From NCBI GenBank assembly GCA_963744995.1, contig CAVUWA010000009.1, positions 64,001-128,000 on the forward strand: DNA of 64,000 nucleotides, read 5' to 3'. This document shows, piece after piece, positions 27,114 through 36,589 of the stretch. The notes beneath the pieces are model-generated. The model was not told the origin of the DNA, made no database searches, and saw only the letters and a program-made list of their open reading frames with translations. This DNA is from Candidatus Eiseniibacteriota bacterium. Lineage in GTDB: Bacteria > Eisenbacteria > RBG-16-71-46. How positions within the stretch are numbered: position 1 is the first letter of the stretch; each line of letters starts with the position of its first letter. A program made the translations under genes and the position numbers.

Positions 27114-28718
27114 TCAGCGTGGGGCGGGCGCCGCGGGCGCCGCGGGCGGCTCGACCGGCGCGTAGACGTAGCGCGGCGACTGCTGCAGACCCGCGCTCGG
27201 CAGCAGGGCCTCGGCGAGCGCCGGGAACGAGTCGCGCACCGCGTAGCCGCGGGCGATCACGCGCCAGTAGCGGTTCGAACGGTCGCCCACGTCCTCGAGC
27301 GGCACGTCGGTCACCAGCCACGGCCGGCCGGGCCCGTTCATCAGGGTCGCGAACTGCCGGTCGAAATAGGTCGGATCGCGCCGGGCCAGCGCGTTTCCCT
27401 CCGAGCGCAGGATGTCCTCGAGGCCGAGCAGGTGCAGCGAGGGCCGCTCGCCGGCGTCGGGCAGGTAGAAGCCATGGTTGAGGATCAGGGTGCGCCCGGG
27501 GATCTGGTGCAGCCGCTGGTACAGGGCGTCGCGCAGCGCCCGACCGTTCGTCTGCGGTATGTAGTGCCGCACCGAGAACAGCATCGGCACGTACTGGAGC
27601 GACAGCAGCCACAGGACGCCGGCCAGGGCCGCCGCGAGCGGCACGGCGCGGTCGGTGAGCCGGCGTGCGATGTGCCACGCGGCCATCGGTGCCACCAGTG
27701 CGAGCGCGGTCACCATGGGCATCAGCGTGTGCCGGAACGAGTACGGGTCGAGGGTGGCGAGCGCGGCGGTCGCGAACCCGCCGCCCGCGGCCCACCACCA
27801 GATCGAGGGTCCGCCGTCGGTCTCGGCGCGGCGCGCCCCGGGCAGCAGGCTGAACAGGGTCAGCGTGGTGCTGACGCCGAATACGCCGAACAGGTAGCGC
27901 CCCAGGTTCTCGATCTTGATGAGGTCGAACGTGGACCAGTGCGACGGTACGTCGTAGGTGTAGAACGTGAACCAGCCCCCGAAGTACGCGTTCATCAGCG
28001 CGTAGCCGCCGCCCGCGACCGCGGCCAGCGTGACGGCGTACGCCGCCAGGCGGCGCCGGTCGTGGAGCCAGAGCCACGGCAGCATCGCGACGCCGAACAG
28101 CAGGCCGTGCTGCTTGGTGAGGAACGAGAAGCCGAGGCACGCGGCGGCGGCGATCGCCCCCGCGCGGCCGGTGGTCTCGCGCAGCAGGGCGACGCCGAGG
28201 AACGCCAGCAGGACGAGCTGCGAGTTGGGCTGCACCAGATCGTAGCTGCCGCCGCAGAAGCCGTAGGCGCCGAGAAACAGGCCGGGAGCGATCAGGGCGA
28301 GCGACCAGCGGCCCGTCTCGCGGCGGACGATCCGGGCGAGCAGTGCCGCGGTGAGCAGCGTTTCGGCGACGGCGACGGCGCGCCCGACCCAGAGATGATC
28401 GCCGAAGATCTGCACGAACGGCGCGACGACGATGAAGTAGCCGGGCATGTAGGCGAGCGGCACGAAATCGAACGTGGGGGCGGGATAGATCGGCTGATGC
28501 ATGACCAGGCGCCGGATCGTATCCATCAGCACGCCTTCGACGTGCCCGAGCTCGAGCGGGTAGAACAGGCGCCGTGCGGCGAGCCAGACGAAGACGGCGG
28601 CGGCGCACGCGTGCAACAGCGCGCCGCAGGCGACCAGCAGCCGCAGGGCCGCACCGCTCCAGAGACGGGCGGCCGGCGCCGCCGCCGCTCGCGAAACCGG
28701 GTCCGAGGCAGAACTCAT
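27114..28718 (-). CDS. Membrane glycosyltransferase-like protein (ArnT/PMT, GT-C fold)
   Basis: N-terminal TM followed by YPLELGHVEG...YMPGYF, GRAVA and FLTKQ, then many TM helices and a soluble C-terminal domain. Confidence 0.65.
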   Translation of the reverse strand: MSSASDPVSRAAAAPAARLWSGAALRLLVACGALLHACAAAVFVWLAARRLFYPLELGHVEGVLMDTIRRLVMHQPIYPAPTFDFVPLAYMPGYFIVVAPFVQIFGDHLWVGRAVAVAETLLTAALLARIVRRETGRWSLALIAPGLFLGAYGFCGGSYDLVQPNSQLVLLAFLGVALLRETTGRAGAIAAAACLGFSFLTKQHGLLFGVAMLPWLWLHDRRRLAAYAVTLAAVAGGGYALMNAYFGGWFTFYTYDVPSHWSTFDLIKIENLGRYLFGVFGVSTTLTLFSLLPGARRAETDGGPSIWWWAAGGGFATAALATLDPYSFRHTLMPMVTALALVAPMAAWHIARRLTDRAVPLAAALAGVLWLLSLQYVPMLFSVRHYIPQTNGRALRDALYQRLHQIPGRTLILNHGFYLPDAGERPSLHLLGLEDILRSEGNALARRDPTYFDRQFATLMNGPGRPWLVTDVPLEDVGDRSNRYWRVIARGYAVRDSFPALAEALLPSAGLQQSPRYVYAPVEPPAAPAAPAPR

Positions 28719-28861
28719 GTCCCATTCATCGGCCCGCGCGGGACGTCCCTGCAGCCCCGCAACGGGGCGCACGACGGCTGCCTGGCGCGCGGCACCGCGC
28801 TGCGCGTGAAACTCGAACTCGCACGCGTAGTATACTGAATGGCAATGTGTTGGAGCGATGC

Positions 28862-29473
28862 TCAGGGGGCGAGCCGCTCGATCTTCCAGCCGTTCCCGTC
28901 GCTCAGGTAGACGAGCCGGTCGTGGAGCCGGTGCGGACCGGACTGCCAGAACTCGACCCGCACGGGGAGCAGGCGAAAGCCGCCCCAGTGGGCGGGGCGC
29001 GGCACTTCGCCCGAAGGGTATGCGGCCGCGACCCGGCGATAGCGGGCCTCGAGATCCGCCCGGTCCCTGAGCGGGCGGCTCTGCGGCGAGGCGATCGCGC
29101 CGAGGCGGCTGTCGCGGGAGCGGCTGCGGAAGTACGCGTCGGACTCGGCGGCGCTCACGCGCTCGACCCGGCCCTCGACGCGCACCTGCCGCCCGGCGGC
29201 GCGCCAGTAGAAGGTCAGGGCCGCCAGCGGGCGGGCGGCGAGTTCGCCGCCCTTGCGGCTCTGGTCATTCGTGTAGAAGACGAAGCCGCGGGCATCGGCG
29301 CCGCGCAGCAGCACCATGCGCACGGAGGGCATGCCCGACTCGCCGGCGGTCGCGAGCGCGCAGGCTTCGGGTTCCGGCTCGCCGCAGGCGCGCGCGTCTT
29401 CGAACCAGGCGTCGAAGGTCTGCATCGGCTCCGGCGCGAACGCGGCCGGATCGAGCGGCGGTCGATGGCTCAT
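28862..29473 (-). CDS. pdxH: Pyridoxine/pyridoxamine 5'-phosphate oxidase
   Basis: PSVRMVLL, FVFYTN, SRKG, RQVRVEG, YFRSR, WGGFRL and EFWQSGPHRLHDR. Confidence 0.95.
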   Translation of the reverse strand: MSHRPPLDPAAFAPEPMQTFDAWFEDARACGEPEPEACALATAGESGMPSVRMVLLRGADARGFVFYTNDQSRKGGELAARPLAALTFYWRAAGRQVRVEGRVERVSAAESDAYFRSRSRDSRLGAIASPQSRPLRDRADLEARYRRVAAAYPSGEVPRPAHWGGFRLLPVRVEFWQSGPHRLHDRLVYLSDGNGWKIERLAP

Positions 29474-29496
29474 GCGTGGAAGATAGCGGCCGAACG

Positions 29497-30681
29497 CTAG
29501 AACGCGAACGCCGCCTGCACCGCGTACAGGGTCTCGTGGCGGCCGGAGCCGCGCAGGAACGTCGTGCGCTGGCCGATCGCCTTCACGATGAGGCCGCGCT
29601 GCACGCGATAGCCGATGCCGCCCTCGAAGCGCGACACGTCGAGATCCCAGGCGCGCGCGGCGCCGGTCGAATCGATCACGTCGCCGAAGCGCAGGACGCC
29701 GAGGCGCCCGGCGGCGAAGGCCCCGGCGGTGAGCCCGACCCGGGCTTCGAGGTAGCCGCCGCGGACCTCGGCGTCGCCGGCGGTCGGCGTTTCCCAGGCG
29801 TTCCACGCCGCCTCGCCGCGCAGCTCGACGCGCGACACCAGCCACTCGGCGTCGGCCATGATCAGCTTCTGTGCGTAGCCGTTGACGGTCTTTCCCGGCG
29901 GAAGCCGATCCGCGAACGCGTCCGGCATCCACGGGCCGTACGAGCCGGAGACGCCCACCCGGACGCCCGGCCACGGCTGCAGGCCGACGCGGCCGAGCCA
30001 CGACTTGCCGTTGTTCCTGTCGCCACCGGGGTTGGCCGCACCGGGCGCGCCGAGCACGATCCCGGCGCTGTACTCGACCGGGCGCTCGCTGCCGGTCAGC
30101 ATCACGCCCGCATCCCAGCAGCGATCGTAGACGATCGGCATGCCTCGGAAGCCGCGTCCCGAGGCGTCGTAGACCGGGCCGAACGGGCCGGTGCCCGCGG
30201 CCGCCGCCAGCGCGTCGGCGGACGGCACCAGCCGGTCCGCGCGCAGCGCCGTGTGGTACTGGTACAGCAGCGGCGTGCCGATCAGCGGGTTGCGGTTCGC
30301 GTAGGTGCGCTCGGCGTAGGTGCCGATGCGCCACGGGATCTTGCCGGCGATGAGGTGCAGGTCGCGCGTTTCGACGGGGGTGAGCATCGCGTACGCGCCG
30401 ATGATCGAGACGCCCAGCTCCTCCTGGAAGAGGAGCTGCGAGAACACGTCCACGCCCCTGGCCACCGGCGCTTCGGCGAACAGCTTGAGCCGGTACGTGT
30501 CGAACTGGCTGTCGCCGTGGTTGAACTGGTTGAGCGTGAACGCGGCGCCGCGGCCGGCGCCGACGAGATCGAGCGAACCGCGCCAGCGCAGGTCGTCGAG
30601 CCCGGCCGCGGAAGCGGAGACGGCGCTGCACAGAACACCCGCGAGGCACAGCCATCCGAGACCACGGCGGGGGAGTCGCAT
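29497..30681 (-). CDS. Putative outer-membrane beta-barrel protein
   Basis: Signal peptide (ASA-A), alternating amphipathic strands, Gly/aromatic-rich, C-terminal YAVQAAFAF ending in Phe. Confidence 0.7.
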   Translation of the reverse strand: MRLPRRGLGWLCLAGVLCSAVSASAAGLDDLRWRGSLDLVGAGRGAAFTLNQFNHGDSQFDTYRLKLFAEAPVARGVDVFSQLLFQEELGVSIIGAYAMLTPVETRDLHLIAGKIPWRIGTYAERTYANRNPLIGTPLLYQYHTALRADRLVPSADALAAAAGTGPFGPVYDASGRGFRGMPIVYDRCWDAGVMLTGSERPVEYSAGIVLGAPGAANPGGDRNNGKSWLGRVGLQPWPGVRVGVSGSYGPWMPDAFADRLPPGKTVNGYAQKLIMADAEWLVSRVELRGEAAWNAWETPTAGDAEVRGGYLEARVGLTAGAFAAGRLGVLRFGDVIDSTGAARAWDLDVSRFEGGIGYRVQRGLIVKAIGQRTTFLRGSGRHETLYAVQAAFAF

Positions 30682-32519
30682 CAGGCGGCCCGCGTCTGCG
30701 TATCGCGCTCGGCCTGCCCGCGTCCTGCGGGAACCCGGATCACGAACGTGGTGCCCTGCCCCGGCTCGCTGGTGAAACGGATCGTGCCCTGGTGCGCCTG
30801 AACGATGCCGCGGGCGATCGACAGCCCCACGCCGAGGCCCGCGGAATTGAACTCGAGCCGGGTCGACGAGTGGTGGTTGAGCGAGCTCTGGCCGGCGTAG
30901 GACATGTCGAGCAGTGTCGGCTGGCGCTCGGGCTGGATGCCGATCCCGGTGTCGGCCACGGCGATCTCGAGTTCATCGGCGTGGCGTCGTGCGCGGACGC
31001 GGACCTGGCCGCCGTCAGGCGTGAACCGGATGCCGTTGCGAACCAGGTGCGCGATCGCTTCGCTCAGCCGATGGCCGTCCACCCAGATCGAGCCGAGGTC
31101 GGCGGGCAGGTCCGCCTCGATCCGCACGTGACGCGTCGGCGCGTCATCGGTCGCGGCGGCGATGCCATCTTCGATCACCTCGCGCGCCGCGTGCTCGGTG
31201 CGCACCAGGTTCAGGCGCTCGCTCTCGATCTGCGCCATGCGCGTCGCCGCCTCGGTGATCCGGGTGAGCGTCTCCACCGAGCGCTCCATCGCTTCGAGAC
31301 CCTGCCGCTGCGAATCGGTGACCGGGCCGAGCCGCCCGCCCGCCATCAGCTCGCGGAATCCGGCGATCACGCTGATCGGCGTGCGCAGCTCGTGCGAAGC
31401 CACGTTCAGGAACTCGCTCTTCACCCGGGCGACGTCCTGCAGGCTGGCCACGTAGGCGCGGTGGCGGTGACGCATTTCGTCGAAGCGCCGCGCCAGATAG
31501 CCGATCTCGTCGTGCGGCGCAACGTCGATCGGGTAGTCGTAATTGCCGCGCTCCATTTCTTCGGCCCCGCGCACGAGCCGGTGGACCGGCGAGGTGATGC
31601 GCTCGGCGATCAGGTAGCCGGCGAGCAGCGCCGCAACGACCGCGGCGAGCCCCAGCTCGACCAGGTCCGCCTGCATGCGGCGCAGGAACGCCGTCTCGGT
31701 GTCGAGCGCGCGCTGCATGACGAAGATCTGACCGTCCCGCGGCCGGGTCCGTGCGAAAGGCCGCGCCAGCGTCAGATACACGTGGCCATTGGCCTTGAGC
31801 TCGGTGACGGTGCCGTCGGCGCGTTCTCCCGCGCCCGGACCCGCAGCCGGCGCGAAGCGCTCGACCAGACGCGCGCGTGCCTCACGACTGTCGAGCGTCG
31901 TGCCGGTGATGTCGCTTCCGGAGATGAAGGTCACCTCGCTGTGTGTGAGCTCGCGCAGCTGATTCGCGAGGTCGGGCCCGATCCGCGAGCCGAGCACCAG
32001 CGCGCCGACGACGTGCTTGCCGGCGATCACCGGGGTGACGGTCGTCTGATAGTGCATGCCGGATTCGACCAGGATTCCCGCGGCGCTGCGGCCGGCGAGG
32101 GCGGCTTTCACCAGCGCCTCGCGACCGGCGGCGGTCGAGGCATCGCGTCCGACCGAGGCGACCAGACGGCCTTCGGCATTGGTGACCTCGAACAGGTCGG
32201 CCTGGGTGATGCGGTTGAAGTCCAGCGCGACGCCGGCCACGGTCGCGCGCAGCTGCGGATCGTCGTGCGTGCCGGGGATGGTCAGCACCGAGAAGAACTT
32301 GGGATCCGCGACGATCACGCGCGCCGCGACCTCGAGCGCGTGTTCACGCGCGTCGACGAGGTCGTCGAGCACGGCGGAGGCGCGTTCGAGGTCACGCTCG
32401 ATACCGTCGTGTACCTGGCCGGAAATGCTGTGGTTCACGACCCACAACGCGATGAAGGCCAGCCCGACGAGTGGCAGCACCGTGAACAGCATGATCTTCC
32501 AGCGCAGTCGCAGACGCAT
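30681..32519 (-). CDS. Membrane sensor histidine kinase (periplasmic Cache-like domain, HAMP, HisKA, HATPase)
   Basis: Two TM helices; HAMP ITSPVHRL...DEIGYLARRFDEM; H-box ASHELRTPI; N-box HLVRNGIRFT; DTGIG; GLGVGL; GTTF. Confidence 0.92.
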   Translation of the reverse strand: MRLRLRWKIMLFTVLPLVGLAFIALWVVNHSISGQVHDGIERDLERASAVLDDLVDAREHALEVAARVIVADPKFFSVLTIPGTHDDPQLRATVAGVALDFNRITQADLFEVTNAEGRLVASVGRDASTAAGREALVKAALAGRSAAGILVESGMHYQTTVTPVIAGKHVVGALVLGSRIGPDLANQLRELTHSEVTFISGSDITGTTLDSREARARLVERFAPAAGPGAGERADGTVTELKANGHVYLTLARPFARTRPRDGQIFVMQRALDTETAFLRRMQADLVELGLAAVVAALLAGYLIAERITSPVHRLVRGAEEMERGNYDYPIDVAPHDEIGYLARRFDEMRHRHRAYVASLQDVARVKSEFLNVASHELRTPISVIAGFRELMAGGRLGPVTDSQRQGLEAMERSVETLTRITEAATRMAQIESERLNLVRTEHAAREVIEDGIAAATDDAPTRHVRIEADLPADLGSIWVDGHRLSEAIAHLVRNGIRFTPDGGQVRVRARRHADELEIAVADTGIGIQPERQPTLLDMSYAGQSSLNHHSSTRLEFNSAGLGVGLSIARGIVQAHQGTIRFTSEPGQGTTFVIRVPAGRGQAERDTQTRAA

Positions 32520-32520
32520 C

Positions 32521-33195
32521 TCAGTAGCCCAGTGCGACGCGCACGTCGCCGCTGTCCGGCACGGCGGCGGTCGCACGCGCCTCGCCGAAGTCGGGGTGCC
32601 AGAGCACCAGCCGGTACGTACCGGGGGGCAGGTCGGGAAGCGTGAAGGCACCGGCGGCGTCGGGTTGCGTGAACGCGCGATTCGGCAGCACGACGATGAA
32701 TGCCTCCATGTTGGAGTGGATGTCGCAGAACACCCGCACGAGGCCGGCCTTCCGGAAGCGCACCTGCCGCGACTGGCCGCGCGGGTACTTGCCGAGGTCG
32801 AAGCGCTGCACCGGCGAGAGGCTGAAGACGTTGTGGTAGATCGCGTCACGGTTCGGGAAGTCGACTGCGGTGCCCACGGCGACCGGCAGCACGTGCGGCA
32901 CGAACGACTGGTGTTCCTGCACGAGTCGCGGCCGGAGCGGGCTCGAGGGCAGGCTGTCGGCGACCGCGGGGGCGAGGCTCTCGACGTAGATCACGGCATC
33001 CTCTGCAAGTCCCTGCACGGGCGGTGCGGCGTCAGGCAGCGCGTTGGCGTTGCCGGCGTAGGGCTGCAGCGCCACGGGTGCGCGGGGCAACGCGGGCAGA
33101 CGCACCGTGCCGCGAATCACGCCGGCGCCGGCCGCCGGGGCGTAAGCCACCAGCAGCAGGACGGCCAGCCATCGTCCGTGGGTCTGGGTCGTCAA
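32521..33195 (-). CDS. Secreted cupredoxin-domain protein with carboxypeptidase-regulatory-like domain
   Basis: Signal peptide; FVPHVL, FPNRDAIYHNVFSLS, FCDIHSNM (His, Cys, His, Met type-1 Cu ligands) and LPPGTYRLVLWHP. TTG start after AAGGA. Confidence 0.8.
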   Translation of the reverse strand: MTTQTHGRWLAVLLLVAYAPAAGAGVIRGTVRLPALPRAPVALQPYAGNANALPDAAPPVQGLAEDAVIYVESLAPAVADSLPSSPLRPRLVQEHQSFVPHVLPVAVGTAVDFPNRDAIYHNVFSLSPVQRFDLGKYPRGQSRQVRFRKAGLVRVFCDIHSNMEAFIVVLPNRAFTQPDAAGAFTLPDLPPGTYRLVLWHPDFGEARATAAVPDSGDVRVALGY

Positions 33196-33241
33196 GACCG
33201 TCTCGTCCTTGAGTGGGTGCGCGCGGCCCGGTTCACTCGGG

Positions 33242-33269
33242 TTTTCGGCCCGGGGGAGGGCGATCTTGA
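33242..33269 (-). promoter_or_regulatory. Sigma28 (FliA/SigD)-like promoter
   Basis: On the - strand, TCAAG-N15-GCCGAAAA about 45 nt upstream of the cupredoxin start. Confidence 0.4.
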
Positions 33270-33359
33270 GGGTCCGATCGGGGACCTGACGGCACCGGCG
33301 CGGGCCGCGCGGCCGCCCGGAGGTCCGCACGGGACCGTCCGGGCGCCGGCGCTCGGGGC

Positions 33360-34547
33360 TCAGCGGTAGGCGGGGATGCCGGTGACGGCCTCGCCGAGCA
33401 CCAGGGTGTGGATGTTGTGCGTGCCCTCGTAGGTCTTGACCGACTCGAGGTTGCACATGTGGCGGATCACCGGGTACTCGGCGGTGATTCCGTTGGCGCC
33501 GAGGATGTCGCGCGCCTCGCGCGCGATGTCGAGGGCGATTTCACAGTTGTTGCGCTTGGCGAGCGAGATCTGCTCCGGGGTCACCGTGCCGCGCTCCTTC
33601 ATGCGGCCGAGCTGGACGCACAGCAGCTGCGCTTTGGTGATCTCGGTGAGCATGTCGGCAAACTTCGCCTGAATGAGCTGGAACGAGCCGATCGGCTTGT
33701 CGAACTGGATACGGCTCTTCGAGTACTCGGTCGCGGCGTGGAAGCACGCCATGGCCGCGCCGACCACGCCGAACGCGATGCCGTAGCGCGCCTGCGAGAG
33801 GCAGCCGAGCGGGGCCTTGAGGCCCACGCCGTTCGGCAGCAGGTTCGCCTCGGGCACGAACACGTCCTCGAGGATCAGCTCGCTCGTGACCGAGGCCCGC
33901 AGCGAGTGCTTGCGTTTCTGCTCGGGCGCGGTGAAGCCCTTCGTGCCCTTCTCGACCAGGAAGCCGCGGATCCGCTCGCGGCCGTCGGCTTCGTCCTTGA
34001 GCCGCGCCCATACCACGGCCAGGTCGGCCACGGTGCCGTTGGTGATCCACATCTTCGCGCCGTTGAGGACGTAGCCGCCGTCCTGCTTCACCGCACGGGT
34101 GAGCATGCCGGCAGGATTCGAGCCGAAGTCGGGTTCGGTGAGGCCGAAGCAGCCGATCACCTCGCCCTGCGCCATCTTCGGCAGCCATTTGACGCGCTGT
34201 TCCTCGCTGCCGTAGGCGAAGATCGGGTACATCACGAGTGCGCCCTGCACGGAGGCGAACGAACGCAGGCCCGAATCGCCGCGCTCCAGTTCCTGCATCG
34301 CGAGCCCGTAGGCGGTCGCGCTGACCTCTGCGCAGCCGTACTTCTCGGGGAGCGAGGCGCCGAGCAGGCCCATCTCCGCGACTTCGGGGATCACCTCGGC
34401 CGGGAAGCGCGCCGCTTCGTAGGCTTCCTCGATGAGCGGCAGATATCGTTCTTCCACCCAGCCGCGCACGTGGTCGCGGATCTGGATCTCTTCTTCGGTC
34501 AGGAGCGAGTCGATCTCGTAGAAGTCGACTCCGGTGAATCGGGACAT
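33360..34547 (-). CDS. Acyl-CoA dehydrogenase, glutaryl-CoA dehydrogenase-like
   Basis: ELERGDSGLRSFASVQ, GCFGLTEPDFGSNP, NGAKMWITNG, ARYGIAFG, RIQFDKPI, GANGI and TYEGTHNIH. GAGGAG RBS. Confidence 0.92.
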   Translation of the reverse strand: MSRFTGVDFYEIDSLLTEEEIQIRDHVRGWVEERYLPLIEEAYEAARFPAEVIPEVAEMGLLGASLPEKYGCAEVSATAYGLAMQELERGDSGLRSFASVQGALVMYPIFAYGSEEQRVKWLPKMAQGEVIGCFGLTEPDFGSNPAGMLTRAVKQDGGYVLNGAKMWITNGTVADLAVVWARLKDEADGRERIRGFLVEKGTKGFTAPEQKRKHSLRASVTSELILEDVFVPEANLLPNGVGLKAPLGCLSQARYGIAFGVVGAAMACFHAATEYSKSRIQFDKPIGSFQLIQAKFADMLTEITKAQLLCVQLGRMKERGTVTPEQISLAKRNNCEIALDIAREARDILGANGITAEYPVIRHMCNLESVKTYEGTHNIHTLVLGEAVTGIPAYR

Positions 34548-34721
34548 TCGGAGCTCCTCTTGCGCACGAGTGCGCATGGTGGTGAGCTGCAGCGCGACGG
34601 AGTATAGGCGGCGTCCGAAGGGCTCACAACCGCCCGCGGCCGTGCTTGCAGGCCGCCCGCCGGCCCGGCATGCTGCTCGGATGCGACCCGTCCGACCCGC
34701 CTCGATGGAGGACCGCCCGCC

Positions 34722-36447
34722 ATGCCGCCGACCCGTTCCGCCCGTTCCGTCCGCGCCGTCCTTCACGCGGGGGCGCTGGCGATGAGCGTGCTGCTCCATC
34801 AGAGCGCGGCGGCCCACCCGGCGCGCGGCGCGGCGTCGCGCTCGGTGGTGCACGCACCGCACGGCATGGTGGCCGCCGCACAGCCGCTCGCGGTGCAGGC
34901 GGGCGTGGAGGTGCTCCGCAGGGGCGGCACGGCGGTGGACGCTGCGATCGCCGTCAACGCGTGCCTCGGGCTGATGGAGCCCACCGCGAACGGCCTCGGC
35001 GGGGATCTGTTCGCGATCGTCTGGGATCCGAAGCAGAAGCAGGTCGTCGGGCTCAATGCGTCCGGGCGCGCGCCTTTCGCGATCTCGATCGACAAGGTGA
35101 AGCCGAACGACGACGGCACGATCCCGCTCTACGATCCGGCGTCGTGGACGGTGCCGGGCTGCGCCGACGGCTGGTTCACGCTGCACGAGCGGTTCGGGCG
35201 GCTGCCGATGAAGGAGCTGCTCGCGCCCGCGATCGGCTACGCGGAGGACGGGTTTCCGCTCTCGCCGGTGATCGCCTCGGACTGGCAGCGCTCGGTGCCG
35301 CGCTTCCAGGACAAGCCCGGCTTCGCCGAGGTGTTCATGCCCGGCGGTCGCGCGCCCCTGGAAGGGGAGATCTTCCGCAACCCGGCGCTCGCGAAGACGC
35401 TGCGTGCGCTGGCCGCCGGCGGCCGCGCCGCCTGCTACAAGGGCGACATCGCGAAGGCGATCGTGCGCTACTCGGAGGCGAACGGCGGCTGGTTCACCAT
35501 GAAGGACTTCACGAGCCACCATTCGACGTGGGATGTGCCGATCACCACGAACTACCGCGGTTACGACGTCTGGGAGCTGCCGCCCAACGGGCAGGGGCTC
35601 GCCGCGCTCGAGATGATGAACATCCTCGAGACCTTCGACCTCCGGTCCATGGGGCGCGAGTCGCCGGATTTCTGGCACGTGATGGTCGAGGCGAAGAAGC
35701 TGGCGTTCGCCGATCGCGCCCGCTATTACGCCGACCCGGCGTTCGTGCAGGTGCCGATCGAGGCGCTGCTCGGCAAAGCCTATGGAAAGCAGCGCGCCGC
35801 GCTCATCGACATGGAGCACGCGGCGGAGACCGACGAGCCCGGGGACGTCGCGGCGCTCGGCCGCAGCGAGACGACGTTCCTGTGCACGGCCGATTCGGAA
35901 GGCATGATGGTCGCGCTCATTCAGAGCAACTACACGGGATTCGGCTCGGGCTACGTGATCCCCGAGCTGGGCTTCGGGCTGCAGGATCGCGGCGGGCTGT
36001 TCTCGCTCGACCCGCGCACCCAACCGCCTCGAAGGCGGCAAGCGCCCGTTCCATACGATCATCCCCGCGTTCCTCACGAAGGACGGCACCCCGCTCATGG
36101 CGTTCGGCGTGATGGGCGGCGACATGCAGCCGCAGGGGCATGCGCAGATCCTCGTGAACCTGCTGGACTTCGGCATGAACCTCCAGGAAGCGGGCGACGT
36201 GCCGCGCTTCTACCACACGGGCTCGAGCGAGCCGACCGGCACGACGATGACCGGCGGCGGCGAGCTGCACATCGAGGACGGTCTCGACCCGGCGATTCTC
36301 GAGACCCTGAAAGCGCGCGGCCACGTGATCACGCCGGTGTCGGTGGGCGCGTACGGCGGCTATCAGGCCATCTGGCGCGATCCTTCGACCGGCGCCTACA
36401 CCGGAGCTACGGAGCAGCGCAAGGACGGCTGCGCGATGGGCTACTAG
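34722..36447 (+). CDS. ggt: Gamma-glutamyltransferase family (Ntn hydrolase), with apparent frameshift(s) at about 36012-36021
   Basis: [31 protein letters not shown] (nucleophile Thr) and [10 protein letters not shown]. It continues in another frame as [15 protein letters not shown]...[13 protein letters not shown]...RKDGCAMGY. Adding one C to each of two C-runs restores DPAHPNRL. Confidence 0.88.
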
Positions 36448-36589
36448 CGCCGCGCTGCGTGCACGCAGCGCCTTCGCCCGGCGGCGATTCGCCCGCGAAT
36501 CCCCAAGCGCCGCATGCGGTTGCCGCCAGGGCCGCGGTCAGGTAACCTCAACCGGCGTTCCACGATCCCCCTTCCGGGAGAATCCCCCT

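Noticed and set aside
34722..36447. GGT as a pseudogene or programmed frameshift
   Set aside because: Two missing bases in short C-runs restore a fully conserved protein, there is no other decay, and no slippery heptamer is present. Sequencing error is more likely.
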